Part shown: positions 51,087 to 59,085 of the stretch, piece by piece
Numbering within the stretch: the first letter of the stretch is position 1
Layout of the letters: every line of letters begins with the position of its first letter
Source: Deinococcales bacterium
GTDB taxonomy: Bacteria; Deinococcota; Deinococci; Deinococcales; JAAFIG01
Reading direction: 5' to 3'
Length of the DNA: 64,000 bases
Assembly: GCA_031414595.1 (NCBI GenBank)
Contig: JANNVX010000014.1
Span: forward strand, 1-64,000
Notes under the pieces: model-generated
Told to the model about the DNA's origin: nothing
What the model saw: the letters and a program-made list of their open reading frames with translations, nothing else
The model's database searches: none
Position numbers and translations under genes: made by a program

Positions 51087-51436
51087 GGTGTCTCCAAGTT
51101 CGCCTTGCCAAAAAACCGAGTATTCATTTGTTCTCGTAACCGATGATTCTCAAGGGTGAGTTTACCAAGTAAGCGCTCGAGTAGGATTTCTTGGGCTTTT
51201 GATCGCTCGAGTTGTTTTTGTAGATTCAAATTCTCGGTCTCGAGTAAACCAGATTGTTGTTCTGAACTAATAAAAGCATCATTACCAAAGCGTTCATATA
51301 AAGCTCGCCAAGAAAATAAGGTTGAAGCTAGGATTTTATGTTCTCGAGCCACAGCACTAGGTCGTTTGTGTTGTTCAATGACTTCCTTGACCATTCGCAA
51401 CTTAAATTCGGGGGTGTATAACTTTCGGTTTTTCAT
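51083..51436 (-). CDS. HTH_Tnp_1 (IS3 OrfA-like) DNA-binding protein
   Basis: RKLYTPEFKLRMV...VAREHKI..STLFSW...LERLLGKLTLEN. Confidence 0.75.
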   Translation of the reverse strand: MKNRKLYTPEFKLRMVKEVIEQHKRPSAVAREHKILASTLFSWRALYERFGNDAFISSEQQSGLLETENLNLQKQLERSKAQEILLERLLGKLTLENHRLREQMNTRFFGKANLETP

Positions 51437-51903
51437 GGTCTAGTCCTTACATTAAATGTAATCGTGTGAATCACGGTATCTTTTGTATCTCGAGGAAGTT
51501 CAGTAAGCTCTAATTGATGCTCGTTATTTAGGGTAAAAGCTATGGTGATTCGGCTTTTGGTTAAAGTCCATCCATCACTATTTACAGCACTTGATTCAAG
51601 AACTTGTAAAAAAGTGGTTAGAGCTTTCTCAAAGGTCGTCATAAATTGGGGGATTGGTGTTCCAAAATCATTAACAGTAAAACTTTGGCTATCCACTGAA
51701 AATTCAATGTGTACAAGTTCTTCCTTGGTGGTTACGCTGGTTGCAAGGTTTAGTTCGCTTGCTTTTCGGGTTTTGCTTGCTTTATCGAGATAGAACGCCC
51801 ATGTCACTTGGGTGATCTGAATTCTTGTGCCTAAAAGGTTATAGGTGTGCGCTATATTGAAGGTGCTTTGTACCGCACCAAGATAATCAATGGGCTGGTT
51901 CAT
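51433..51903 (-). CDS. Hypothetical protein
   Basis: ATGA-coupled within the operon. Confidence 0.55.
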   Translation of the reverse strand: MNQPIDYLGAVQSTFNIAHTYNLLGTRIQITQVTWAFYLDKASKTRKASELNLATSVTTKEELVHIEFSVDSQSFTVNDFGTPIPQFMTTFEKALTTFLQVLESSAVNSDGWTLTKSRITIAFTLNNEHQLELTELPRDTKDTVIHTITFNVRTRP

Positions 51904-52619
51904 TCTCGTGTCCCTAAGCCTAACTCGAGACCATCATCCAAAAGATGGTTTTCATGCTCGTTAGTTAAATTTTCCTCGAGAATAACTTTGCGTTTCATGG
52001 GTGGAATCCATTTCTTCCAATGCTCTGGGATTTCTAATCGCATTGGCTTGAGATTTTGAGCAATTAAGAAACCATGCTCGAGAACCCCAGTCATGTGTAG
52101 ATACCGAGCATCTTCGACCAAATTCAGTAAATCGAGGGTGGTTTTAGCACTGACCACAAATGGTTCTATTTTTTTGTTGTCTGGTGGGTAAACTCGCAGC
52201 AATACTAATTTCTCAGCTCGGTCTAAACGGAGGACTTTGCCAGCCGCACTCCAGAAGGTATCAGCACCATTCAAATCAACGGCATTCTCGAGGGGCATGA
52301 CTCGAGCCAAGGTGAGGTTGGCTAAGCGTTGGTCTTTGAAGGTCTTGCCGTACAACGTGGCTCTCCAAGTACCAGAGAGTTGGATTGAAGACTGTTCAGG
52401 GTGGGTGTTGCGCCACCTCGAGAAAACCCTTGGGTGAACTCGAGCGATGTAAGTACCATTTTTTGGATTGCCAAGTTGAATGGTGACTCGAGTGTTTTGC
52501 TGGTCATCTTGGATGGTGGCATTGGCTTGGATGAAGAAATGGTGGTTATAGTCGGTGTGAATACCTTTTGGCATTGGCTGTGGTGTGGTTACAAGAGTTT
52601 CAAAAACGTCATTTGACAT
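51900..52619 (-). CDS. Hypothetical protein, paralogue of 52652..53272
   Basis: Shared WSA.G...D...LV..RVYP...PF..SA...H..G.L...LEIP..W..W; GGAG RBS. Confidence 0.65.
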   Translation of the reverse strand: MSNDVFETLVTTPQPMPKGIHTDYNHHFFIQANATIQDDQQNTRVTIQLGNPKNGTYIARVHPRVFSRWRNTHPEQSSIQLSGTWRATLYGKTFKDQRLANLTLARVMPLENAVDLNGADTFWSAAGKVLRLDRAEKLVLLRVYPPDNKKIEPFVVSAKTTLDLLNLVEDARYLHMTGVLEHGFLIAQNLKPMRLEIPEHWKKWIPPMKRKVILEENLTNEHENHLLDDGLELGLGTRE

Positions 52620-52651
52620 GCTATCTCCTATTCACGGGTTTCTTATCGTCT

Positions 52652-53272
52652 TTAGTTGGCTTTCCAGTTGCGCCAACGATCAGGAATTTCTAAATCTTGA
52701 TTGGTTAATACTTCTGCAACAAGCTTTTTGCCACTTAAGTTCCCTATCAAATGGACAAACTCATTTTTTCTTGGCAACTCTTGTTCTACTTTCAAACTGG
52801 CTGAAATCAAAAATGGCGTGGCTCGAGCTTGCTCAGGGTAAACCCGAATCGTGACCAATCGGTGTATTGGGTCACTTTTGGTGATTTGTCCAATAGCACT
52901 CCATCGCGGCTGGTGGGAATCTTCTCGTTCTAACTCGAGGGGTTCAATACGATGTAGGTGAAGTGGTTCAAACAGCACACTATCGTTCAAAGTGCGGAAA
53001 TGAAGCGTACATAACCACCAACGATGACTTGCTGGGTTGAGCCTTAACACATCTGCACTGGCTTTAACCCGAAGCATGGTGCTATCGGAGAGTTGGATGT
53101 CCATATTGTTACCGCTCCCTGAATCGTAAATACAAGCCGCCACTCGCATAAAAGCATGGCATCCATCAGGAATAGGAAAATCAAAAGTGAGTTTTCGTGG
53201 GGTAGTGGTCAATGGTCTGCCTCGAGCTTGGATTTTGTGACTGGTCATAAGAAATGCCACCTCTGTACACAT
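52652..53272 (-). CDS. Hypothetical protein, paralogue of 51900..52619
   Basis: Same shared C-terminal motif set. Confidence 0.65.
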   Translation of the reverse strand: MCTEVAFLMTSHKIQARGRPLTTTPRKLTFDFPIPDGCHAFMRVAACIYDSGSGNNMDIQLSDSTMLRVKASADVLRLNPASHRWWLCTLHFRTLNDSVLFEPLHLHRIEPLELEREDSHQPRWSAIGQITKSDPIHRLVTIRVYPEQARATPFLISASLKVEQELPRKNEFVHLIGNLSGKKLVAEVLTNQDLEIPDRWRNWKAN

Positions 53273-53390
53273 CGGATCGTGTTTGTTACAAAAGGTGGTG
53301 GTGTTAAACGAGATTGATTGTCTTGAACTGCCAACATGAGTTGTAAGCTCAAGTGCTGACCCTAATTGCTTGGGGCATTTACATTATAAC

Positions 53391-53406
53391 ACCGTATATA
53401 TACGGT
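53391..53406. promoter_or_regulatory. Perfect 16-bp palindrome, candidate operator
   Basis: ACCGTATATATACGGT, 37 bp upstream of the XRE start codon. Confidence 0.55.
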
Positions 53407-53443
53407 TCTGCTAGTCAAAGTCAACCTGTAGCCTTCGCAAACG

Positions 53444-53671
53444 ATGCCTCGCTTTGCGGTAGACCCAGAGATAATACGTGTTCGCATTCGTCAATTACGA
53501 CTCGAACAGGGTTTAACCCAAGATGAAGTAGCAGCCCGAAGTGGAATCAACGAAAAGCACTATCAAGACCTCGAGACGGGAAGGAAAGCCTTTAATCCTA
53601 CTCTCGAGACCCTCAATGCTTTTGCTTTGACCTTTGAAGTGGAACTGGCTGTCCTTCTAAAATCGGAGTAA
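53444..53671 (+). CDS. XRE-family HTH regulator upstream of the tniQ-cas operon
   Basis: IRQLRLEQGLTQDEVAARSGI..KHYQDLETG..FNPTL. Confidence 0.88.
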   Translation: MPRFAVDPEIIRVRIRQLRLEQGLTQDEVAARSGINEKHYQDLETGRKAFNPTLETLNAFALTFEVELAVLLKSE

Positions 53672-53838
53672 AACCGTAGATTCCTGACACGTTATTCGGA
53701 AATTTAACGTGAAATACACGGGAGTTTGAAAATCAGAGTTGGTCATTGTAGACCAAACAAAAACAGTATGCTAAGTTATCCGTCAGTGACAGACTATTAT
53801 AAATGTCAACGAAACCTGAATCTTGAGGTAATTAGGAT

Positions 53839-54798
53839 GTGTTTCATATGATTGAAACTGCCAAAAACCCACACTGGGCAATCCACCCTCAAATCCAAAA
53901 TGGTGAGTTGTTTGAATCTTGGATTGTGCGGTTGAGTGCCGAAAATGGCTTTCGCCTGCGCGAAGTGATACAGCAATTAGAACTCAAAAATGTCTTTTGT
54001 TCTAAAAACAATGTTGAGATCAAAGCCGTAAGAAAATTGTCGGATGCAACTGGGATACTTCAATATCGAATCCTCGAATCCCATCTTGGGTGGCTTCAAA
54101 ATCACTCTGATCTTGCCTATGCAAAAACATTTACCCTTTGGGGGCGTAGCCCATCGGACACGATACAGCATTTTAAGTTTTGCCCAGACTGTTTTGCTAA
54201 TCAAGACAAGCCACACATACTGCTTGACTGGGCATTTGAAATCACTCAGTTCTGCACGGTACATCAACGACCTTTACTCGAGCGTTGTCCAAAATGCCGC
54301 GAGCCACTTCAGTTTAGTTTGCTTTTCAACAAAACAATACAACCCGAAATCTGCTCTAATTGCAGCACAAAAATGAAAATCCATGCTCGGAAACACAGCA
54401 TTGATTTCAAATTTGGTCTCGAGCTACAAAGACAAATCTTGAGCCTCCGAAAACATGACCAAGTATCACCAAAACAATCACGAATTATCCCAGCAAAAAC
54501 GTTTTTATCAATTGTTGAGCGGATATTTTATCGCTTTACCAATTTACCCAACCAGCAAACCTTCTCTAAATTGACTGATCTCTCAGTTATGTTGCTGGAT
54601 GATCGTTTTTCGCAAGCGTACCGAAGAATAAACGCCCTGACCATTTGTGGCTGGCTTTTAGCCGACCCAATAGTACGAATTATTACTCTGCGCCAATTCA
54701 CGCAAAAGTATGTTGAATACTCGACGGCTATTCAAATTATTTCTGTTCTGAATTATGCACAAGCGACATTGCAACCACGTAATGGAACTTACCAATGA
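53839..54798 (+). CDS. tniQ: TniQ target selector
   Basis: HPQIQNGELFESWIVRLSAENG; zinc motifs FCPDC, W...CTVH..PLLERCPKC, CSNC; ATGA overlap with cas5. Confidence 0.92.
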   Translation: MFHMIETAKNPHWAIHPQIQNGELFESWIVRLSAENGFRLREVIQQLELKNVFCSKNNVEIKAVRKLSDATGILQYRILESHLGWLQNHSDLAYAKTFTLWGRSPSDTIQHFKFCPDCFANQDKPHILLDWAFEITQFCTVHQRPLLERCPKCREPLQFSLLFNKTIQPEICSNCSTKMKIHARKHSIDFKFGLELQRQILSLRKHDQVSPKQSRIIPAKTFLSIVERIFYRFTNLPNQQTFSKLTDLSVMLLDDRFSQAYRRINALTICGWLLADPIVRIITLRQFTQKYVEYSTAIQIISVLNYAQATLQPRNGTYQ

Positions 54799-55529
54799 GC
54801 TTATTTGCACTCGAGGTTTGGGGCGATTACGCCTGTTTCACACGTCCTGAAACAAAAGTTGAAAGACTTAGTTACCCTGTGATGACTCCAAAAATTGCTC
54901 GAGCAATTTTTGGAGCGATCTACACCCAGTTTTCTGGGGGTGAAACACCTCACACAACTTTTTTCTGGCAAGTCAGGCGAATCGAAATCCTCAATCCAAT
55001 TGTGTTTATTTCGTTCTCACACAATGAAGTCAAAGGGAGAGCAAGCACTTACAACATTTTGCGCTCAGTTCATCAGCCCGACGCACTTCAACCGCTCATG
55101 GCAGATGGCAATGATGATTCCAGCAAAGAGACTGGGCGCACCCAACGCCAATCAATGATTTTGCGCGAGGTGCGTTATCGGATATTCGCTGAACCAGTGC
55201 TGTACAATCCAAACCAAAGCAATCTGAAGCAAATCACCCACGAATTTGCTCGACGTGCAGCCAAAGGCAAGTGTTTCCATCAGCCTTTTTTGGGATGCCG
55301 TGAATACATAGCATTTTTCCAGCCAGTTCCGCCCACATTTGGCGTTGGCGCACCGATTTTTGAAGATATTGGTTGGATGATCTACGATACGTTTGATCTA
55401 TCACAGCCAAGCTCAATCACCATTACACCAAGCATTAGTATCTTCAGGGCGACGATTCAAAACGGTGTTCTCGAGATACCGCCGTATGATAGCAACGAGG
55501 TACGCAAACTAGGACTGGGAGTGATTTGA
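54795..55529 (+). CDS. cas5c: Type I-C Cas5 (Cas5c/Cas5d)
   Basis: WGDYACFTRPETKVERLSYPVMTP, RTQR..ILREVRY and GKCFHQPFLGCRE motifs. Confidence 0.95.
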   Translation: MSLFALEVWGDYACFTRPETKVERLSYPVMTPKIARAIFGAIYTQFSGGETPHTTFFWQVRRIEILNPIVFISFSHNEVKGRASTYNILRSVHQPDALQPLMADGNDDSSKETGRTQRQSMILREVRYRIFAEPVLYNPNQSNLKQITHEFARRAAKGKCFHQPFLGCREYIAFFQPVPPTFGVGAPIFEDIGWMIYDTFDLSQPSSITITPSISIFRATIQNGVLEIPPYDSNEVRKLGLGVI

Positions 55530-57343
55530 TGCTCGAGGCTCTGATCGAATATGCTCACCGAAAACAATTGGTTCTCGAGCCTGGTTTTGCTGGCAGGCGT
55601 ATTCATTGGTTAATAAATCTTGACTCTAAAGGACAGGTTCAATCCGTTTCTTTTGCAGATGAATCCAAGCGACGAGCGAAGTTGTTTCCATGCTGTCCAG
55701 ACCTGCAACAGCCCCAACTGATCAGGCTGCCACATGTACTTAAACAGCTTGGAATACTATCAACACGAGCAGCCCACTTTTTAATGGATTCATGTTGTCG
55801 TGTGGTGCTTTATCCAGATAACGATCAGTTGGAACAACATAAGACTTTTCTAAACCTAATCCAACTAGCAAGCCAAGAAGTTAGGATATTACGACCAGTT
55901 GCAAAAATGCTTTCAAAGCAAAAGGAAATTGGTCGAGTACATCAAGCCCTCATTCAATTGAAAGCCACAAAAACCGACAAAGTATCGTTTTCGGTGGATG
56001 GAGTGGTCATACTTGAGGATACAACGTGGCATGATTGGTGGCGAAGATTTTATATAACCACAAGCTCAAAGCAAAATTCAGATCGTATGATCAGTCTGGT
56101 TTCAGGAGAAGTTATTTCGCCTGCCAGAACACATCCAGCGCTTAAATCCTTGGTCGAAAAAAAAGTAACTTTTGGAGCGGCAGTAGTGGCTGTGCATAAA
56201 ACTGCCTTTACCTCATATGGGCTAAAACAAGCCGAACACGCCGCCATGTCAGGAGCATCTGCCGCTGCCTATCATGCAGCTCTGGAAGATTTATTGAGAC
56301 AAACTAGGATGGTTCATGGTACGAAAGCGGTGTATTGGTACAACCAAGAAATTCCACTACAATCCGACCCACTGGCGCTGATGTTGCGCGATGAACGCAT
56401 AGATAACATCAACTACCGAAAACAGCTTGAGGATATTCTTTCACAAGCTCGAAAAGATGATTCTCGAGATGTTGCTTGCCATATTGCTGTGTTGCGTGAA
56501 AATGAAAATCGGGTCAGGATTTCATTGTACAAAACGCTGCGATTGAGTGAAGTGGCGGCTGGACTTATTAAATGGCTCGAGGATACTTCAATTGATGGTT
56601 TGGCAGGTACTGGTTTCGTAGTTGATCTACCCAGCGAATTTGCTGGTATGTTTCGTCAACGAGTTGGGGGAAAAAGCGATAAGGCACTTGACTTTCAACC
56701 ACTACTGATTGTGTTGTACCAGCAGATGCTCAACCCCACTCTACCCATTGCGATGGCTCTGGTTGATTATTCACTTAAATCGGTCATTACCAGCTTTGTA
56801 AAAGGCAAATTTCAGGCAGCATTTGCAACCAAGGCAGATTTACCATTGCGACAAAATTTGGTGATTTACATGGGTATTTTGAAAGCATTTTGCCGTCACT
56901 CAGGTGATCGAGACCTATTGCAACAACTGAATCCTAATCATCCTAATTCACACTATCAAACAGGTCGGCTCACTGCGATGCTCGAGCGTATTGATGGGTT
57001 GAATAATCCTCCACATGTTGAACTCAAAAACCAAAGGTTGTTTTTGCAAATTATGACGACACCGAACAATATCCTGCAAGAAAAAATGGCTTCCAGTCAA
57101 CGAAAGCTCAAGCGACTTGAAAGAACTCGACGATGGTTCAGCCTATACTTACAAAAAGAAATGAATACGATTTGGGAGAATCTTGATGCTAAGGTTCGGA
57201 GTAATAGCTCAGTAAAACGCCAATGCTTATTCCTATTGGGTTACTTTCAACAAACCATTTCTCAATTGATTGAACCTGTGCAAAACGATGATTTTTACAA
57301 TTTGGAGTCGAGAACCTTTAAGGAGCAACATGAAACCGATTGA
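55526..57343 (+). CDS. cas8c: Type I-C large subunit Cas8c (Csd1), divergent
   Basis: MLEALIEYA...EPGF...W.I.LD..G, LVSGE...ARTHP, AFTSYGLKQ, YQTGRL.A.LE, Q..FLLGYFQQ. Confidence 0.88.
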   Translation: MMLEALIEYAHRKQLVLEPGFAGRRIHWLINLDSKGQVQSVSFADESKRRAKLFPCCPDLQQPQLIRLPHVLKQLGILSTRAAHFLMDSCCRVVLYPDNDQLEQHKTFLNLIQLASQEVRILRPVAKMLSKQKEIGRVHQALIQLKATKTDKVSFSVDGVVILEDTTWHDWWRRFYITTSSKQNSDRMISLVSGEVISPARTHPALKSLVEKKVTFGAAVVAVHKTAFTSYGLKQAEHAAMSGASAAAYHAALEDLLRQTRMVHGTKAVYWYNQEIPLQSDPLALMLRDERIDNINYRKQLEDILSQARKDDSRDVACHIAVLRENENRVRISLYKTLRLSEVAAGLIKWLEDTSIDGLAGTGFVVDLPSEFAGMFRQRVGGKSDKALDFQPLLIVLYQQMLNPTLPIAMALVDYSLKSVITSFVKGKFQAAFATKADLPLRQNLVIYMGILKAFCRHSGDRDLLQQLNPNHPNSHYQTGRLTAMLERIDGLNNPPHVELKNQRLFLQIMTTPNNILQEKMASSQRKLKRLERTRRWFSLYLQKEMNTIWENLDAKVRSNSSVKRQCLFLLGYFQQTISQLIEPVQNDDFYNLESRTFKEQHETD

Positions 57344-58295
57344 AAATCGCTACGAATTTCTACTCATTTTTGATTGCGAAAATGGCAATCCCAATGGTGA
57401 TCCCGACGCAGAAAACCTTCCAAGAATAGACTCCCAAGACGGTCATGGATTGGTCTCTCCAGAATCAATCAAACGAAAGATTCGTGACCGTATTGCCCTG
57501 AATGGTATAGAAATCTTTATCCAACACCAAACCAATCTCAATCGTGCGATTTTTGCGGCGCGTGAACAGAGTAATACCTTAAAAGACAAATCCACCAAGA
57601 TAACATTACAAAACGCCGCTGCAATTATGTGTAAACGATTTTATGATGTTCGGACTTTCGGTGGGGTAATGACTACAGGTGTCAATTCAGGTCAATTGAC
57701 TGGACCTGTGCAGATTACATTAGCTCGCAGTGTTGACCCAGTTCATATCATGGATTGGGGAATTACTAGAGTGGCTGTTGCCGAAACTGTCCAAGGAGCA
57801 AAAACCCTGGCTGACTACGAACAATGGGAATCCGAACAAAATGCTTCAGATTTAAGAACTATGGGACGGAAAAGCCTGATTCCATATGGATTATTCGTAG
57901 CCAAAGGCTGCATCAGTGCGTTTGATGCGGAAAGAACAGGGTTTTCAGAAGCTGACCTCGAATTGCTCTGCGAAAGCATGTTAGACATGTTTGAACACAG
58001 TCGCAGTGCCAGTCGTGGTTTGATGACCACAAGGCGCTTGGTAATTTTTAAGCATATAGGATCATCCAAAGACCCCAAAGTGCGCCTCAAACAAGCTAAA
58101 CTAGGGCGTATTCCAGCACAAAATTTGCTCGAGTTAGGCAGAATTGTTCGCATTTCTCGCGTCAATAAAGATGCTTTTCCTCGAGCCTATCACGATTACG
58201 ACGTGGTTGTGGATACCAGTGCATTACCAGAAACCATTGAAGTGCTGGATTTAGATTTGTGGGATGAAGAAAAGTTTCGCTCGGCTTGGGTTTAA
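57330..58295 (+). CDS. cas7c: Type I-C Cas7 (Csd2)
   Basis: NRYEF..FDCENGNPNGDPDAENLPRID, KRKIRD, FYDVRTFG.VM, GPVQ, TMGRK..IPYGL, TGFSE.DL; AAGGAG RBS. Confidence 0.96.
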   Translation: MKPIENRYEFLLIFDCENGNPNGDPDAENLPRIDSQDGHGLVSPESIKRKIRDRIALNGIEIFIQHQTNLNRAIFAAREQSNTLKDKSTKITLQNAAAIMCKRFYDVRTFGGVMTTGVNSGQLTGPVQITLARSVDPVHIMDWGITRVAVAETVQGAKTLADYEQWESEQNASDLRTMGRKSLIPYGLFVAKGCISAFDAERTGFSEADLELLCESMLDMFEHSRSASRGLMTTRRLVIFKHIGSSKDPKVRLKQAKLGRIPAQNLLELGRIVRISRVNKDAFPRAYHDYDVVVDTSALPETIEVLDLDLWDEEKFRSAWV

Positions 58296-58467
58296 GCGAA
58301 CCCTTAGTGGCACTAAAATCACCTATAGTTCGCGGAAACCAAATTTCGTCTATGACGTGATTCTTCTGTGCGATATTGAGTAGTGATCAAAAAATTAATG
58401 TTGAATTATTGGGTTCGCAGAATGTATTCCTTTTTGACTTTGTACTATGAAAAGATATACATTTACA
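58296..58467 (+). promoter_or_regulatory. Type I-C CRISPR leader
   Basis: GCGAACC (58296)...GTTCGC (58328) inverted motif, a second GGTTCGC (~58412), AT-rich; TTGACT-N18-TACATT just before repeat 1. Confidence 0.7.
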
Positions 58468-58645
58468 GTCTCAATGGCATCTAGCCGTCGAGACGCTTGA
58501 AACCAAACCCGACGAAAGGATGCACATTACGATAATCCGTCTCATGGGCATCTAGCCGTCGAGACACTTGAAACATTGCCATCTAAAGTCCAATCACATA
58601 CATTGGCATGTCTCTATAGCTTTTAGACATTGCGATGCTCGAGAT
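58468..58645 (+). CRISPR. Mini CRISPR array: 2 intact plus 1 degenerate 36-bp repeats, two 35-bp spacers
   Basis: R1 58468-58503 GTCTCAATGGCATCTAGCCGTCGAGACGCTTGAAAC; R2 58539-58574; R3 58610-58645 (24/36 identical to R1). Hairpin GTCTC..GAGAC and TTGAAAC 3' end. Confidence 0.9.
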
Positions 58646-58717
58646 TTGGAACTTTACAAAAAAAGTCTTTGCAGTAGCGACAATAAACCGTTAGCACCAC
58701 TACATTCTCTTAAAACC

Positions 58718-58746
58718 TTGAATAAACATAGGACATGAGCTAGGAT
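58718..58746 (+). promoter_or_regulatory. Candidate sigma70 promoter for the homing crRNA
   Basis: TTGAAT-N17-TAGGAT, followed by TACA and the isolated repeat. Confidence 0.5.
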
Positions 58747-58750
58747 TACA

Positions 58751-58808
58751 GCCTCAACGGTACTTAGCCATCGAGACGCTTGAAACTAACCAATTGACCT
58801 ATATGCCC
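58751..58808 (+). CRISPR. Delocalised atypical repeat plus tRNA-targeting homing spacer
   Basis: Repeat GCCTCAACGGTACTTAGCCATCGAGACGCTTGAAAC (58751-58786). Spacer TAACCAATTGACCTATATGCCC matches the minus strand of 59086-59107 at 18/22. Confidence 0.88.
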
Positions 58809-58892
58809 GAATTTATTTTTTCCAAAGCCTCTTGTTCCAGATATGCGGAGGTCAAAGCCAAAAGGTTTGCTTGAAAGGAGTATTGGGATCAC

Positions 58893-59038
58893 TGACACGG
58901 TAAACGATAAGAAATGATATAGAATTTAACTCGAGTTCGTTAAACACAATGTTTATTTAGGAAAGTTCAATCAGTGCCACGGTAAACGATATTGACATTC
59001 ATAAAAATAATTACTGACAAAGTAAACGATAATTCACA
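58893..59038 (-). repeat. tRNA-proximal transposon end with TnsB-binding sites
   Basis: TGACACGGTAAACGATAA (58893), TGCCACGGTAAACGATAT (58975), degenerate copy (58993), TGACAAAGTAAACGATAA (59015), ending AATTCACA. Inverted relative to the sites at the other end. Confidence 0.92.
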
Positions 59039-59043
59039 CCTAT
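59039..59043 (+). repeat. Target-site duplication, right copy (CCTAT)
   Basis: Identical to 10215-10219. Confidence 0.93.
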
Positions 59044-59072
59044 TTGCCAAATGTGCATTTTACGGTTAATCT
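59044..59072 (+). promoter_or_regulatory. Candidate tRNA promoter
   Basis: TTGCCA-N17-TAATCT, 13 bp upstream of the tRNA. Confidence 0.6.
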
Positions 59073-59085
59073 AGGGGTCGTGCGA

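Larger units (their letters stand above)
10220..59038. mobile_element. Tn7-like transposon encoding type I-C Cascade (candidate I-C CAST), 48,819 bp
   Basis: TGT/ACA termini, 28-bp imperfect terminal inverted repeats, 5-bp TSD, tnsAB and tnsC at one end, tniQ-cas5-cas8c-cas7 plus CRISPR at the other. Confidence 0.93.

Noticed and set aside
51083-51436. Complete IS3-family insertion sequence
   Set aside because: No OrfB integrase, terminal inverted repeats or duplication visible.
53787-53808. TGACA-N12-TGTCA upstream of tniQ as an internal transposon end or operator
   Set aside because: Only 5-bp arms, and it lacks the GTAAACGAT core of the TnsB sites.
54795-58645. Ordinary defensive type I-C CRISPR-Cas system
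   Set aside because: No cas3 or adaptation genes, coupled to tniQ, lies inside transposon ends and carries a self-targeting guide.
58827-58877. Possible downstream repeat closing the homing spacer (GCCTC...GAGGT hairpin; GCTTGAAAG)
   Set aside because: Similarity to the 36-bp repeat is too weak and the spacing inconsistent; the crRNA 3' end cannot be defined from sequence alone.
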